From: Candidatus Methanosuratincola mesotaenarum | Lineage (GTDB): Archaea; Thermoproteota; Methanomethylicia; Methanomethylicales; Methanomethylicaceae | NCBI GenBank assembly: GCA_038801705.1 | Contig: JAULTC010000001.1 | Location: 369,214-433,213, forward strand | DNA length: 64,000 nt | Reading direction: 5' to 3' | Shown: positions 40,398 through 51,069 of the stretch, piece after piece | How the letters are laid out: the number at the start of each line of letters is the position of its first letter | How positions within the stretch are numbered: the stretch's first letter is position 1 | Position numbers and translations under genes: made by a program | The notes under the pieces: model-generated | Seen by the model: the letters and a program-made list of their open reading frames with translations, nothing else | Databases searched by the model: none | What the model was told of the DNA's origin: nothing

Positions 40398-41942
40398 TCA
40401 GAATCCTGGCAGCTCCTCCAGCAGCATCCCCTCGATCATGAATGGCGGTTCGCGCATTGCCAAACTGATCGCATCCCTTAGTTTCGAGGGTCTGTTTGCA
40501 TAGATCTCGATGACAGGGTCCCCTTTCTTTACAGAGTATCCCATCTTAGCGTACAGCTTAACCCCGGCCCCTTTGTCGATCGGGGCTCCGACTGCCCTTG
40601 CTATGGCGTTGATGGACCGGTTGCTTATGCTACTGACGTAACCATCGACAGGGGCGCTTATCACGTAGCGCTCGGATCCGAGGGGTATCTCGTCTGGCTT
40701 TATCTCTGGGTTGCCCCCCTGGTGGGCGATGATCTCGCGCATCTTCTGGTAGGCCTTTCCGCTCCTCAGGATCTCCTTCGCCAGATCCTGACCGTTTCCC
40801 CTAGAGGCGATCCCGTTCATCTCGAATAGCATCCCTGCCAAGGATGTTGACTTCTCTATGAGGCTGTTCGGCCCTCCCCCCATCAGCGTCTCAAGAGCCT
40901 CCTTGGCTTCAAGCGCAGGGCCGACGGTGTGACCAACAGGCTGCCCCCCATAGGTGATCCCGCACCTGACCTGGATGCCAAGCCTGTTGCCGAGCTCGAT
41001 GAAGTCGCTTCCCAGCTTCCTGGCAGTCTCGAAGTCCTCTACCTTGGCGCCCTTACCAGTGGGTATGTCCAATACCAGCGTGCTGACGCCCACTGCGAGC
41101 TTCTTGGACATTATTGAGGCCATCATCTGGGAGCGTGGGTCAATAGAGAGCGGGTGCTCGACCCTTATGAAGAGGTCGTCCGCAGGGGCTAGGTTGAGCG
41201 AACCCCCCCAGGCAATGTACCCCCCGACGTCATGCAGGAGCCTCTTCAGCTCCTCCTCAGTAAACTCCACAGGCGCCAGGATCTCCATCGTGTCGGCGGT
41301 ACCCGAGGGGCTGGTTATGGCACGGCTGCTCGTCTTTGGGATCTTCAGGCCCGCGGCAGCTACTATTGGGACTATGAGCAGAGTGACCTTGTTCCCAGGC
41401 ACCCCGCCTATTGAGTGCTTGTCCACGACATGCTCCCCGAAGTCTATCGTCTTCCCGGTCTCCACCATCGCTTTGGTGAGGCTCTCGATCTCGTCCATGT
41501 CCATACCGACGTACTCCTCTGCCATGAGAAAGGCGGCTACCTCGAGCTTGCTCAGGTTGTGGAAGACGATGTCCTTCACGATCGAGTAGATCTCGCTCTT
41601 CGTCAGGGGCTTGCCCTTCATCTTCTTCCTTATGAACTCGACTGAAGTCGGGGTCGGGGCTACGGATAGCTCAACAAGATCGCCATCATTCACTGAGAAC
41701 TCGAAGTCCTCATAGAAACCGATCTCACCCTTTTCGACTACAGTCTCAGAGACGTCGAGCATCGCAACGGTCCGCTGGAAGTCCTTGGTTATGACCACCC
41801 GGTCGTGGATCCGGAGCATCATCTCCTCAGCATCGGACTCGTTCATTATTACGTTCTTTTCACCTGTCTTGATCTTGATCAGCCTTGCTCTGAACCTCTG
41901 CGGCGCAGGCTGCAGGTCATTTCTCGGTTGTCCAGTAGACAT
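40398..41942 (-). CDS. AMP phosphorylase
   Basis: DKHSIGGVPGNK, KTSSRAITSPSGTAD, SIMSKK, GPALEA; N-terminal beta-barrel extension. Confidence 0.95.
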   Translation of the reverse strand: MSTGQPRNDLQPAPQRFRARLIKIKTGEKNVIMNESDAEEMMLRIHDRVVITKDFQRTVAMLDVSETVVEKGEIGFYEDFEFSVNDGDLVELSVAPTPTSVEFIRKKMKGKPLTKSEIYSIVKDIVFHNLSKLEVAAFLMAEEYVGMDMDEIESLTKAMVETGKTIDFGEHVVDKHSIGGVPGNKVTLLIVPIVAAAGLKIPKTSSRAITSPSGTADTMEILAPVEFTEEELKRLLHDVGGYIAWGGSLNLAPADDLFIRVEHPLSIDPRSQMMASIMSKKLAVGVSTLVLDIPTGKGAKVEDFETARKLGSDFIELGNRLGIQVRCGITYGGQPVGHTVGPALEAKEALETLMGGGPNSLIEKSTSLAGMLFEMNGIASRGNGQDLAKEILRSGKAYQKMREIIAHQGGNPEIKPDEIPLGSERYVISAPVDGYVSSISNRSINAIARAVGAPIDKGAGVKLYAKMGYSVKKGDPVIEIYANRPSKLRDAISLAMREPPFMIEGMLLEELPGF

Positions 41943-41949
41943 CTCTGCA

Positions 41950-43260
41950 TCAGTCCTCCGAGAGCCGCATTTCGCCCCACCGCTCGATCGCGATGCGGAG
42001 CTCTTCATGGTTTTTGGCGTATTCGTCTAGGGGCACCCCCGCCACACATGCATCGATTGCCTGTCGCATTGCGGCAGCACCGGCACGGGTTCCCATTGGG
42101 TGGCCGTGGATGCCTCCGCCAGCATTGATGACGAAATCGTTTCCAAAGACGCGGTAGTTTGCGGGCACAAAGCCAGGATGGATCCCGCCCGACGCGACTG
42201 GGAAGACTTTCCTCTTCCCGTGCCAATCCGACCTTAGGAAACCGATTATCTCACTGAGCTCGGCCTTCCTCCCCTCCTCTCCGCCCATCTTGCCCGCGCC
42301 AGATCCTACGTGGAGTTGGTCACCGCCCAAGAGCCTCGCCACCTTAGCGAGGACGAGCATCGATATCCCGTGCCTCGGGTTCCTGGTGAATGCGGCATGC
42401 ATTGCCCTGTGCATGTGGATGGGGACATGGAAGTCGTGCGACTTGATGAACCACTCGACCGTGGGGAGACCGAGTATCACAATGTCCAGCATGAGCGTAT
42501 TTGCGCCGTTGTCTATTGCAGTCTCTGCGTGCTTGATCATATTTTCCGGATCGGCGGTCACGTTAACCGCAAACAGGACGTTCCGGCCAGTCTCGGACTT
42601 TACCTGGTCGAGCGCTTCCATGACTCGGACGACCCTGTCCTCGAGTGGGCAGAATTTCTGGTTCACCAGCGTCTCGTCGTCCTTGATGAAATCAACGCCG
42701 CCAATCGCCGCATCGTAGCAGATCCTTGCGGTCTGGTCAGGGCTCAGCCCGACCTTGGGCTTGACTATCGTACCCAAGTGAGGGCGGCGGGCAGTCTCGG
42801 TCCCAACGAACCTCCTGACGCCCTCAATTCCTATCCTTGGACCCGGATACATCTCAGCAACTTCCTTAGGGAAGTCGACGTCGACCAGCCTCACATTCTT
42901 GAGCGCGGAGAGGCCGAAAAGGTTTCCTGCCACCATACTCAGTATATTCGCAATGCCGCTGGTCTCGAGGTCAAACAGGTCGATTGGATAAGCGACCCAT
43001 ACGAACCCGGTTCCTCCCGATCCCTCGGTCCTGAAGACCTTTGCAGGCAGCTTTGTCCTGATCCACTCGTTTGTGGTTGTGATCTCAGTCCAGGTGCCTA
43101 TCGACTCTTCAGTGGCGATCGCCATCCCAGCGGCTTTCAGGTCTAGTTCGCTCTCAACGTAGTACTTCGCCACGATGTGCCTTTCCGGGTCTATCGACTC
43201 CGGATCGGCGTAGAATATCTTATCCAAGTAGATACCTTTTCCGTCACTCCCTTGGGACAT
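41950..43260 (-). CDS. rbcL: Form III RuBisCO large subunit
   Basis: EESIGTW, KPKVG, DFIKDDE, HMHRAMH, HVG...GKM, ASGG, GGGIHGHP. Confidence 0.95.
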   Translation of the reverse strand: MSQGSDGKGIYLDKIFYADPESIDPERHIVAKYYVESELDLKAAGMAIATEESIGTWTEITTTNEWIRTKLPAKVFRTEGSGGTGFVWVAYPIDLFDLETSGIANILSMVAGNLFGLSALKNVRLVDVDFPKEVAEMYPGPRIGIEGVRRFVGTETARRPHLGTIVKPKVGLSPDQTARICYDAAIGGVDFIKDDETLVNQKFCPLEDRVVRVMEALDQVKSETGRNVLFAVNVTADPENMIKHAETAIDNGANTLMLDIVILGLPTVEWFIKSHDFHVPIHMHRAMHAAFTRNPRHGISMLVLAKVARLLGGDQLHVGSGAGKMGGEEGRKAELSEIIGFLRSDWHGKRKVFPVASGGIHPGFVPANYRVFGNDFVINAGGGIHGHPMGTRAGAAAMRQAIDACVAGVPLDEYAKNHEELRIAIERWGEMRLSED

Positions 43261-43266
43261 ATATGA

Positions 43267-44268
43267 TCACTGCTCCTCCTCTTCGACAAAAACCCTACCC
43301 AAGTGCTCCTCGCCTATCCTATATCCGAACTCCTCCATTAATATCAATATTGCAGCCTGGGGAGGGATGACGCCGCGCTCAGTTATTATGGCATCTATCA
43401 TCTCTGCGGGGGTTATGTCAAAGGCTGGGTTGGCAATCTTCACTCTGCCCAGTGACGCGATCTCCTCATCCGGGAGAACCTCTGTCGCGGGCCGCTCCTC
43501 TATCTCCACCAGCTCCCCAAGCATGGTCGAGGGGCTGAACTTGTAAGTCTCCGCACATACGTACACCCTGACCCTCGCCTCCTTGGCTGCAAGCGCTATC
43601 TGGGAGGTGCCGATCTTGTTCACAACTGCGCCGTTGGAAGTCACTACATCCGAGCCTACCACCACCTTGTCTACCTTTGGCATGAAGTACCTTGCTGCTG
43701 AGTCGACGATGAGCGTGACAGGTATATCCTCCTCTGCCAGGGTTCTCGCAGTGATCCGGCCCTGGAAGCGCGGGCGTGTCTCGGTCGCGATCACCGAGAA
43801 GTCCTTACCCTGGCGCTTAGCCTCCACGAGGGTCGAGATCACCACAGAGCTATTGCAGTGGGTCATTATGAGGTCACCGTTCCTTATCCGCTTGGCTCCG
43901 AATTCGCTTATCCGCTTCACGGCCTGCAATGAGGACTTCAGGAAGGCATCGCTGGCATCTATCGCCGCCTGCCTCAGGAGGTCTGGTGTGGCCCCCTCTT
44001 TGTACGCCCTGAATACCCGGTGTCTTATGTAGTTTAGGGCGTTGGCCAAGGAGACCGCGGTAGGCCGCGTGTTCAGGAGTGTCCGGTAGGCTTCATTGAA
44101 GCCTTCGATGAATGACGGGGCATCAGAGGCTCTGCTGTTCAGCGCATAAGTTTTGAGCCCACTGGCAGCCGCCCGCCCAATCTCGGCAGCCCCCCTGATC
44201 CTCATCGTTCTGATGTCCTCTGCGATCCGGAGTATGTCATCATTTGCCAATGGAAAACAGCCTTCCAA
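43267..44268 (-). CDS. Ribose-1,5-bisphosphate isomerase
   Basis: IRGA, TRPTAVSL, THCNS, ETRP, NKIGT, NPAFDITP. Confidence 0.93.
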   Translation of the reverse strand: MEGCFPLANDDILRIAEDIRTMRIRGAAEIGRAAASGLKTYALNSRASDAPSFIEGFNEAYRTLLNTRPTAVSLANALNYIRHRVFRAYKEGATPDLLRQAAIDASDAFLKSSLQAVKRISEFGAKRIRNGDLIMTHCNSSVVISTLVEAKRQGKDFSVIATETRPRFQGRITARTLAEEDIPVTLIVDSAARYFMPKVDKVVVGSDVVTSNGAVVNKIGTSQIALAAKEARVRVYVCAETYKFSPSTMLGELVEIEERPATEVLPDEEIASLGRVKIANPAFDITPAEMIDAIITERGVIPPQAAILILMEEFGYRIGEEHLGRVFVEEEEQ

Positions 44269-44294
44269 GTGATAGATACCTTCTGGAGGTTAAA

Positions 44295-45218
44295 TTATAA
44301 AAAGGTTGGCGGGCAGGGTTTGCCCGCTGCATCCAGCATCAGGGCGTCAGCTAACAGGGGTGCGATAGAGACCGAGGCGTACTCGTTTGCGATTGTGTCG
44401 GTGGTTATCAGCGAGTTCAGCCCAGCCTCCTTGAGCCTGGAATATGCCCCTTCGACGAGGATGACATGCGTCACCAATGCATCGACCCTTTCCACGCCAG
44501 AAGCCTTCAGTTTCCCCAACACTTCCAAGATGGTCTTGCCAGTGCTTATCATGTCGTCGACGATAAGGGCTGTACTGCACATGCTGTCCGAAATCTCCGA
44601 TATGCGCACCTCCCGGTCCCCAAGGCGCTCCTTCTCCAGAACGGCGCAACTCGAGGGGATCACGTCGGCGACCGCCTTCACCCACTGGGACGACTCGCGG
44701 TCAGGCCCCACGACCAGAATGCGCCCTGGGGGGAGATGCCTCGAATATTCCTCTGCGAGAAGCCGCATCGCAGAGAGGTTTGTTGCGGGAATGCGGAATA
44801 TCTCGCTTATGTCCCGGAATCTGTGCAGGTGCATGTCCACAGTGTAAACGGCGTCGGTGCCCGACGCCTCTATTAGAGTTGCGAAGACCTTGGCGCTCAG
44901 CGCCTCGCCCTCTGAGAACCGCTCGTCCTGCCTTGCGTAGGCAATGTAGGGGAAGGCGCCGATCACCCGCCTGCACCCCATTCCGCTCACAGCGTCCGCA
45001 ATGAGCGCGTATTCGACCAACAGCCGATCGGGCGATAAGGCAAAAGACTGGAGGATCGCCACATCCTTCCCACATACATCTCCGCAGACCCGCACGTACT
45101 GCTCCCCATCAGGGAAGATCCGCCTATCCACCTCAGCTAGGCGCGCCCCAGAGATCTGCGCCACCTTCCTCGCAAGCCCCTCGGCTCCAGATCCATAAGT
45201 CACAACGAGATCATTCAT
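44295..45218 (-). CDS. prs: Ribose-phosphate pyrophosphokinase
   Basis: FPDGE, PYIAYARQD, VDMH, VDDMISTG.T. Confidence 0.93.
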   Translation of the reverse strand: MNDLVVTYGSGAEGLARKVAQISGARLAEVDRRIFPDGEQYVRVCGDVCGKDVAILQSFALSPDRLLVEYALIADAVSGMGCRRVIGAFPYIAYARQDERFSEGEALSAKVFATLIEASGTDAVYTVDMHLHRFRDISEIFRIPATNLSAMRLLAEEYSRHLPPGRILVVGPDRESSQWVKAVADVIPSSCAVLEKERLGDREVRISEISDSMCSTALIVDDMISTGKTILEVLGKLKASGVERVDALVTHVILVEGAYSRLKEAGLNSLITTDTIANEYASVSIAPLLADALMLDAAGKPCPPTFL

Positions 45219-45221
45219 TAA

Positions 45222-46406
45222 TTACAGACCCTCGTGCATGTCCATGTATAGATCGAGGAGCTCTTCCCTCGAGGGCTTCCTCGGGTTCTTTGTGACGAAC
45301 CTGTAGTGATTTCTAAGGAGGTCCTCGACCATTGACTCGAGTTCAGACTCGTCTATCCCCAGATCCTCGAGCGTCTGAGGTAGGGCGAGCGTTTCCGTCA
45401 TATCGAATATCTTCGAGGCGACCTCGAACCCGACCTCCGTTGGAGAGAGCCCTGATGCATCGACCCCAATTGCTGAGGCGATCATCCTTATCTTCCCCGG
45501 GATTGCCGGGGCATTGAATGCCACAACGTATGGTTCTGCGAGCGAGACAGAGGACCCGTGCGGCATGGAGCACCGGGTAGCATATGTATAGGCGATCCCG
45601 TGCGGCAGGCACAGCCCTGTAGCCTGGAATGCCATCCCAGCCAGCACTGATGCTGCTGACACCCCGGTCCGCGCTTCAAGGTCGCTACCGTTGCAGTATG
45701 CCCTCTCCAGGTAACTGCAGACCAGCCCCAGGGCAGTTAAAGAGAGCGAGTCGCTAACTGGGTTAGAATCGACTGACATTATCGACTCGAGCGCATGGCA
45801 TAGGGCATCGATCCCTGCCGAGGCAGTTGCCGCAGGGCTGGCGCCGCAGGAGATGGAGGGATCCACGATGGTGACCGAAGGATAGAGGGCGTGGTTGGCG
45901 AGTGCTAGCTTCACCCCGTTATCGACGACTACGGAGATTGGGGTTACCTCGGATCCCGTACCCGCCAGAGTCGGGATCGTGACTATAGGAGGGCCTTTTT
46001 TGGAGACCGGCTCCCCTCTGAAGTAGCTCGCAGGCTCCTTCTCATTCACGGAGAGGACAGAGGCGAGCTTTGAAAAGTCCATCGAGCTCCCGCCACCGAT
46101 CCCTATGACGATCTCTGGCTGCAGCCTCCTCACGAAACCTGCAAGCGGGTTCAGAACCGAGATCTCTGGCTCTGACTCGACCATGGTGAACTCTGACACG
46201 TTAGCGCCAGTTGAAGAGACGCGGTCCCTCACCAGCAGATACTCCTTGGTCTTGCTCACCTTAGGGCCGGAGACCAAGAGCGCCCTTTCGAATTTGAACT
46301 TATTCAGCTCATCAGGCAGACGGGATATCGAGTTAATCCCAAAGACGGTGCGGGGTGGGCAGTAATACGTGAAAGCCCTGTTCAGGATATCAAAACTGAT
46401 GCTCAT
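45222..46406 (-). CDS. Iron-containing alcohol dehydrogenase family
   Basis: GGGSSMD, PTLAGTGSEVT, DALCHALE, H..A, PHG. Confidence 0.93.
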   Translation of the reverse strand: MSISFDILNRAFTYYCPPRTVFGINSISRLPDELNKFKFERALLVSGPKVSKTKEYLLVRDRVSSTGANVSEFTMVESEPEISVLNPLAGFVRRLQPEIVIGIGGGSSMDFSKLASVLSVNEKEPASYFRGEPVSKKGPPIVTIPTLAGTGSEVTPISVVVDNGVKLALANHALYPSVTIVDPSISCGASPAATASAGIDALCHALESIMSVDSNPVSDSLSLTALGLVCSYLERAYCNGSDLEARTGVSAASVLAGMAFQATGLCLPHGIAYTYATRCSMPHGSSVSLAEPYVVAFNAPAIPGKIRMIASAIGVDASGLSPTEVGFEVASKIFDMTETLALPQTLEDLGIDESELESMVEDLLRNHYRFVTKNPRKPSREELLDLYMDMHEGL

Positions 46407-46581
46407 AATGGATTCCTCTGGTTCACAGAAGGATGGTCATTTTAATAAGGATTAATCCCGAGCGGCAGCATGCCCAAGGCGAGGCTGCACTCAGGCAGCC
46501 CCTTCCATGATCAGTTGGCATGGTTACTGATCCGCTAACGGAAAGGCAACCCTGACAAATTCATGCTTCGCCTCCCAGGGA

Positions 46582-47199
46582 TCAGTGCCGATGCAATACC
46601 CTGTAGGCAATGGCAACGATGGCGCCCACGACGAAGCCGCCTATGTGCGCCCAGTAGGCTATGCCGCTACCGGAGCCACCAAAGAGGCTTGAGGTGCCGA
46701 AGAAGAGCTGGAGCACGAACCAGAGCCCAAGCATGGCGAAGGCAGGGAGGGTGGTCATGTAGTACCCGAGGATGGTGTGGACCTTGGCTCTGGGGAATAG
46801 GACGACATATGCCCCCATCACCCCGGAGATAGCTCCCGAGGCTCCGATAGTTGGGATCTGAGAGTTTGGGTCTATGAGATAGTTCACGTAGGTCGCGGCG
46901 AATCCCGTGGCAAGGTAGAAGAGGAGGAACTTTATGTGACCAAACCTGTCCTCGACATTGTCGCCAAATGTGAGGAGAAACCACATGTTACCAAAGATGT
47001 GGTCTATACCAGCATGGAGGAACATGCATGTGAAGGCGGTCAAGAGTGACGCCTTGGCGGGTATGAACCCGTAGGTGTATATGATTTCCTCGAAGTCGAG
47101 GAGGCTCACCGCAAAGGCGGCTACGTTGGCGCATATGAGCAGCAGCGTTACATAGGGAAAAGTTCTCCTCTCGACGATGTCTTTTACAGGGAACAGCAA
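46582..47199 (-). CDS. Rhomboid-family intramembrane serine protease
   Basis: FLHA...HIFGNM, GASGAI, AYWAHIGGF; TTG start 47199 after GGAG. Confidence 0.93.
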   Translation of the reverse strand: MLFPVKDIVERRTFPYVTLLLICANVAAFAVSLLDFEEIIYTYGFIPAKASLLTAFTCMFLHAGIDHIFGNMWFLLTFGDNVEDRFGHIKFLLFYLATGFAATYVNYLIDPNSQIPTIGASGAISGVMGAYVVLFPRAKVHTILGYYMTTLPAFAMLGLWFVLQLFFGTSSLFGGSGSGIAYWAHIGGFVVGAIVAIAYRVLHRH

Positions 47200-47323
47200 A
47201 CTCCCCCCGAACGGTTTGGGCTTCTTGTCAAAAGGGTTAAAATACACTCCACGAGCTATAAATAAATCCTTTTGGCTGAAGCTTGACTCAATCTCGTCTG
47301 TATGATAGCAACAGGTTGAGGCT

Positions 47324-47355
47324 CCGCACGATTGAAACCGCACGATTGAAACCGC
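47324..47355. repeat. 14-bp tandem duplication
   Basis: CCGCACGATTGAAA x2 followed by CCGC. Confidence 0.9.
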
Positions 47356-47694
47356 GGGATCCCTCCATCATCATCGGACTCGGTCCGTAGGGGAAGTTAT
47401 GGGCTGTGCCAACCGAAACAGCAGTTACGCCAGCCAAACAAAACAAAAACCGAACAAATTCCCTGAAAAAGATACGCATGGGGATCCCAGTTCAACTAGG
47501 CTGTATTATAAGGAAGCGCGCAGACTGGCTTCCAAAACTCGCGATTTGGACGCATAGCCTGACCAATATAAATGGCTGAAAATGAAAAAAGAATATTCGG
47601 GCACCACTCCAACCAAAGGGCGCTGGCTTTCTGTGTCATGCGAAGCTGACGGAATGAATACTTATTTTAAGAGCCAGTCAGGTTAAGAGAATCG

Positions 47695-48807
47695 GTGTTA
47701 CCCTTGATAACAAGGGAAGAAGTCTGGGAACTTGTCGACAAGTATGATCTGCGCGCCGAGAGCCTCACTGTTGGGACGCTCGGGAGCCACTCAGCTCTTG
47801 ACATTGCTGACGGAGCCAAGGAGCAAGGCTTCAGGACAGCAGTTGTTTGCCAGAAGGGCAGGGAGCTCCCGTACAAGACGTATCGGCGCATAGTGGATGA
47901 GGCGATCGTGCTCGAGAAATTTTCAGAAATAGCCTCACAGGGCATGCAGGAAGAGCTCAGGCGGAAGGATACGGTATTCGTCCCTCATAGGGCATTCTCC
48001 ACTTACGTGCCCTACGACGTCATTGAGGGGCAGTTCCTGCTTCCACTTTTTGGAAACAGGATGATGCTGAGGTCAGAGGAGAGGTGGGCCCCCAAGAACC
48101 AGTACTATCTCCTCGAGAAGGCGGGCATAAGGCAGCCCAAGAAGATCAAATCCCCCTCCGAGATCGACACGCTGGCGATCGTCAAGGTCCAGGAGGCAAA
48201 GAGGAAGATTGAGAGGGCATTCTTTACGGTGACGGACGAGAGGGACTTCTGGAAGAAGGTCGAAGAGAGGGTCGCGAATGGTATCATCACGAAGGAAGAC
48301 GCCGAAAGATCAGTTATCGAGGAGTATGTTGTTGGGACGTACTTCAACTTCAATTACTTCTATTCACCGCTGAGCGGAGAAGTGGAGTTCATGGGCATAG
48401 ACAGGAGGCTGCAGACGAACTTGCACGACTTTGTCTCACTCCCTGCGAGGCAGCAGCTCGACATAGATTTGGTGCTGCAGAACATAGAGATCGGGCACAT
48501 GGGGGCCACAATAAGGGAGTCGATGCTCGAGAAGGTGCTCGAGAACGGGATCAGGTTTGCAAGGGCAGCAAAGGAAGAGTACCCGCCAGGCATTATCGGC
48601 CCATTCGCGCTGCAGGGGGCGGTGAACAAGGACCAAGAGATAGTCATATTCGATGTCTCCCCTAGGGTGCCAGGCAGCCCGGTCATCGGAACCACAAGCC
48701 CGTATACAAGGTACCTCTACGGCAGACCCATGAGCGTTGGCCAGAGGATCGCCCTCGAGATAAGGGAGGCATTGGAGACGGGAAGGCTCAAGGAGATCGT
48801 AACATGA
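47695..48807 (+). CDS. purP: PurP-family ATP-grasp formate ligase
   Basis: GSHSALDI, F.PHRAF, EIGH..ATIRES, GPFALQ, MSVGQRIA. Confidence 0.9.
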   Translation: MLPLITREEVWELVDKYDLRAESLTVGTLGSHSALDIADGAKEQGFRTAVVCQKGRELPYKTYRRIVDEAIVLEKFSEIASQGMQEELRRKDTVFVPHRAFSTYVPYDVIEGQFLLPLFGNRMMLRSEERWAPKNQYYLLEKAGIRQPKKIKSPSEIDTLAIVKVQEAKRKIERAFFTVTDERDFWKKVEERVANGIITKEDAERSVIEEYVVGTYFNFNYFYSPLSGEVEFMGIDRRLQTNLHDFVSLPARQQLDIDLVLQNIEIGHMGATIRESMLEKVLENGIRFARAAKEEYPPGIIGPFALQGAVNKDQEIVIFDVSPRVPGSPVIGTTSPYTRYLYGRPMSVGQRIALEIREALETGRLKEIVT

Positions 48808-49841
48808 AAGCCACAATAGCTGTGATCGGATCCCATTCCGCGCTCCAGATACTGAAGGGTGCCAAGCAGGAAGGGCTCAGAACCCTGCTGATGTGCCTCA
48901 GAGGGAGGGAAAGCCTGTACGGGCGCTTCGGGCTGGCGGACAGGACGGTCTCGATCGAGAGCGTGGAGTCGATCCTCGAGGAGGATGTCCAGAGTCTGCT
49001 CGAGGATGAAGGGGCGATTTTCATACCCCACGGCACCCTGATATCGGGTGCACGCCTCGAGGACCTGGAAAGGCGGTTCAGGCCCAAGATCTTCGGAAAC
49101 AGATTCATATTCAAGTGGGAGTACGACAGGGAACTCAAGGACAGGCTCCTGAGTGAGGCAGGGATCAGGACGCCGAAGAGGCTATCATCATACTCTGAGA
49201 TAGACGGACCAGTGATAGTCAAACTCCCTGGGGCAGAGGGGGGGCGGGGGTACTTCATCGCGAAGAGCCCCAGGGACTTTGAGTCAAAGATCAGGCAGCT
49301 CTCTGAGAAGGGGCTGATCAAGAAAGGTGAAGAAGAAAAGGTCTTCCTCCAGGAATACATAATAGGTGTCCCAGTCTATCCACACTACTTCCGGTCGGTA
49401 ATTGAGGACAGGCTTGAATTGATGGGGTGCGACAGGAGGTACGAGACGAGCATAGACTCGATCGGCAGGATCTGCGCAAAAGACCAGCTTGAGCTCGGGA
49501 TCACCCCGACATTCAGGGTGATAGGCAATATCCCATTGGTGCTCAGGGAGTCTCTGCTCGTGGATATCTTCGAAGAAGGGGAGAAGTTCGTCTCTGCCGC
49601 AGGGAGGTTAGTCCCGCCAGGGATGATAGGGCCATTTTGCCTCGAGATGATCTGCGACGAGGAGGGGAAGCTTCACACATTCGAGTTCTCAGGCAGGATA
49701 GTCGCAGGCACCAACCTCTTCGTCAACGGATCTCCGTACAGCGACCTGCTCTTCGACGATCCCATGAGCATGGGGAGGAGGATCGCCAGGGAGATAAAGA
49801 CAGCCGCAGAGCAGGGCATGCTAGAGAGCGTGACCACATAA
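48804..49841 (+). CDS. purP: PurP-family FAICAR synthetase (second paralog)
   Basis: [41 protein letters not shown]. Confidence 0.92.
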   Translation: MKATIAVIGSHSALQILKGAKQEGLRTLLMCLRGRESLYGRFGLADRTVSIESVESILEEDVQSLLEDEGAIFIPHGTLISGARLEDLERRFRPKIFGNRFIFKWEYDRELKDRLLSEAGIRTPKRLSSYSEIDGPVIVKLPGAEGGRGYFIAKSPRDFESKIRQLSEKGLIKKGEEEKVFLQEYIIGVPVYPHYFRSVIEDRLELMGCDRRYETSIDSIGRICAKDQLELGITPTFRVIGNIPLVLRESLLVDIFEEGEKFVSAAGRLVPPGMIGPFCLEMICDEEGKLHTFEFSGRIVAGTNLFVNGSPYSDLLFDDPMSMGRRIAREIKTAAEQGMLESVTT

Positions 49842-50572
49842 TGGTTCAAACGTACCACTTGAAGTGTGTTAAGGGGGATGTTGCTGAGAGGGTGGTCGTT
49901 TTCGGTGATCCTTGCAGGACGAAGGCATCTGCCTCCCTTCTGGAGCGCTCAAGGCTGGTTAGTAAGGAGAGGTGCCTCTTGACCTACACAGGAGAGTATA
50001 TGGGCACAAAATTGACTCTATCCACAACCGGGATGGGCACGCCGTCTGCAGCGATCGTCTGCGAGGAGCTTGCAGCCTTAGGTGCCAGGTGCATCATCAG
50101 GTCAGGCACAATGGGGAGCATCTCCAGCGTTGCTGCCGGTGACGCTGTCGTCCCGACTGAGGCCATACCGCTAGACGGCACAGCGAGGGCTTACATGGAA
50201 AAGTTCAGACTAAACAGCATGCCGAGCGCATCCCGCCGCATCGCAGAGATGCTCAGATCAACCGCACTCTCGAAAGGGGTAAGAACACACGTTGGTCCGA
50301 TCTGCACGAGCGATGTATTTTACCTTGAGGGCGGAATCGAAACAGCCCATTGGCAGGAAAAGGGGGTGCTGGGGTTCGAGATGGAATGCTCGGCAATCTT
50401 TGCCATAGGAGCGGCCAGGGGCTATGAGGGAGGGGCGATATTGGCAGTTACAGGCTCAGTCAGTGGGGAAGAAAGGGTCCTTGGAGGGAGTGAGGTCAAG
50501 AATGCCATCGAGAGGTGCACGTTGTCGGCCCTCGAAACCGCCACCTCGGTTGAGTTGCCTCAAATAAAATAG
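49841..50572 (+). CDS. Nucleoside phosphorylase (PNP/UDP family)
   Basis: GDP.R, TGMGTPS, RSGT.G, SDVFY, FEMEC; ATG overlaps the purP stop. Confidence 0.92.
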   Translation: MVQTYHLKCVKGDVAERVVVFGDPCRTKASASLLERSRLVSKERCLLTYTGEYMGTKLTLSTTGMGTPSAAIVCEELAALGARCIIRSGTMGSISSVAAGDAVVPTEAIPLDGTARAYMEKFRLNSMPSASRRIAEMLRSTALSKGVRTHVGPICTSDVFYLEGGIETAHWQEKGVLGFEMECSAIFAIGAARGYEGGAILAVTGSVSGEERVLGGSEVKNAIERCTLSALETATSVELPQIK

Positions 50573-50765
50573 CCCAAGACGCTTCAGCAGAACATTTCCA
50601 ATTATAGAATGGATTTGCATATCCATCACTGATGATGAAAATTGACTTGCCCATTTAAAAATAAAGGTCGACTCAAGAGCGTGGTTTACTTGGGCGGTAG
50701 ATCCTTTTTTAAATAAATATATCAACTTACTATACCATAGAAAAGATAAGAATTTGCCTTGAACG

Positions 50766-50798
50766 TTATAAGTATACCATAAGTTCTGCGGTGCAGAA
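50766..50798 (+). promoter_or_regulatory. Putative TATA box plus palindromic site upstream of the ncRNA candidate
   Basis: TTATAAG at 50766-50772; TTCTGC-GGT-GCAGAA palindrome at 50784-50798. Confidence 0.45.
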
Positions 50799-50807
50799 GA
50801 TATTTAT

Positions 50808-51069
50808 GCCGCAGTTGAGAACGGAAAGGGCCTGTAACGGCGCCCAACAGTAACGGAAGGGAAAGGCGAACCCGAAAGGGGGAGCAAGAACGGAAGGGTC
50901 TGAAGGGTGCAACGGGCAGGATGCACGATAGGACGAATCCAGGGCGTCTGGATAAAATCGGACGCCACGACCGCGGAAAGTTGTTGCATGGGAGGTCTGG
51001 GGGGAGAACGCCGGCCATGGAGGTGCTTCAAACCCCGAACCTCTCCCTGAAGTCGTTCTCAACTGCGGT
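50808..51069 (+). ncRNA. Unidentified ~260-nt structured RNA candidate (alternatively a MITE)
   Basis: Perfect 15-bp end pairing (50809-50823 / 51054-51068), internal hairpins with a GAAA tetraloop and G-U pairs, AT-rich flanks, T-rich tract after 51070. Confidence 0.65.

Noticed and set aside
50808..51069. RNase P RNA or SRP RNA identity
   Set aside because: No GAGGAAAnUCC / AACAGAA P4 strands. CUGUAAC and CCCGAAAGGG..AGCA resemble SRP fragments, but the order, spacing and helix 8 consensus do not fit. A cmscan is still needed to exclude a divergent form.
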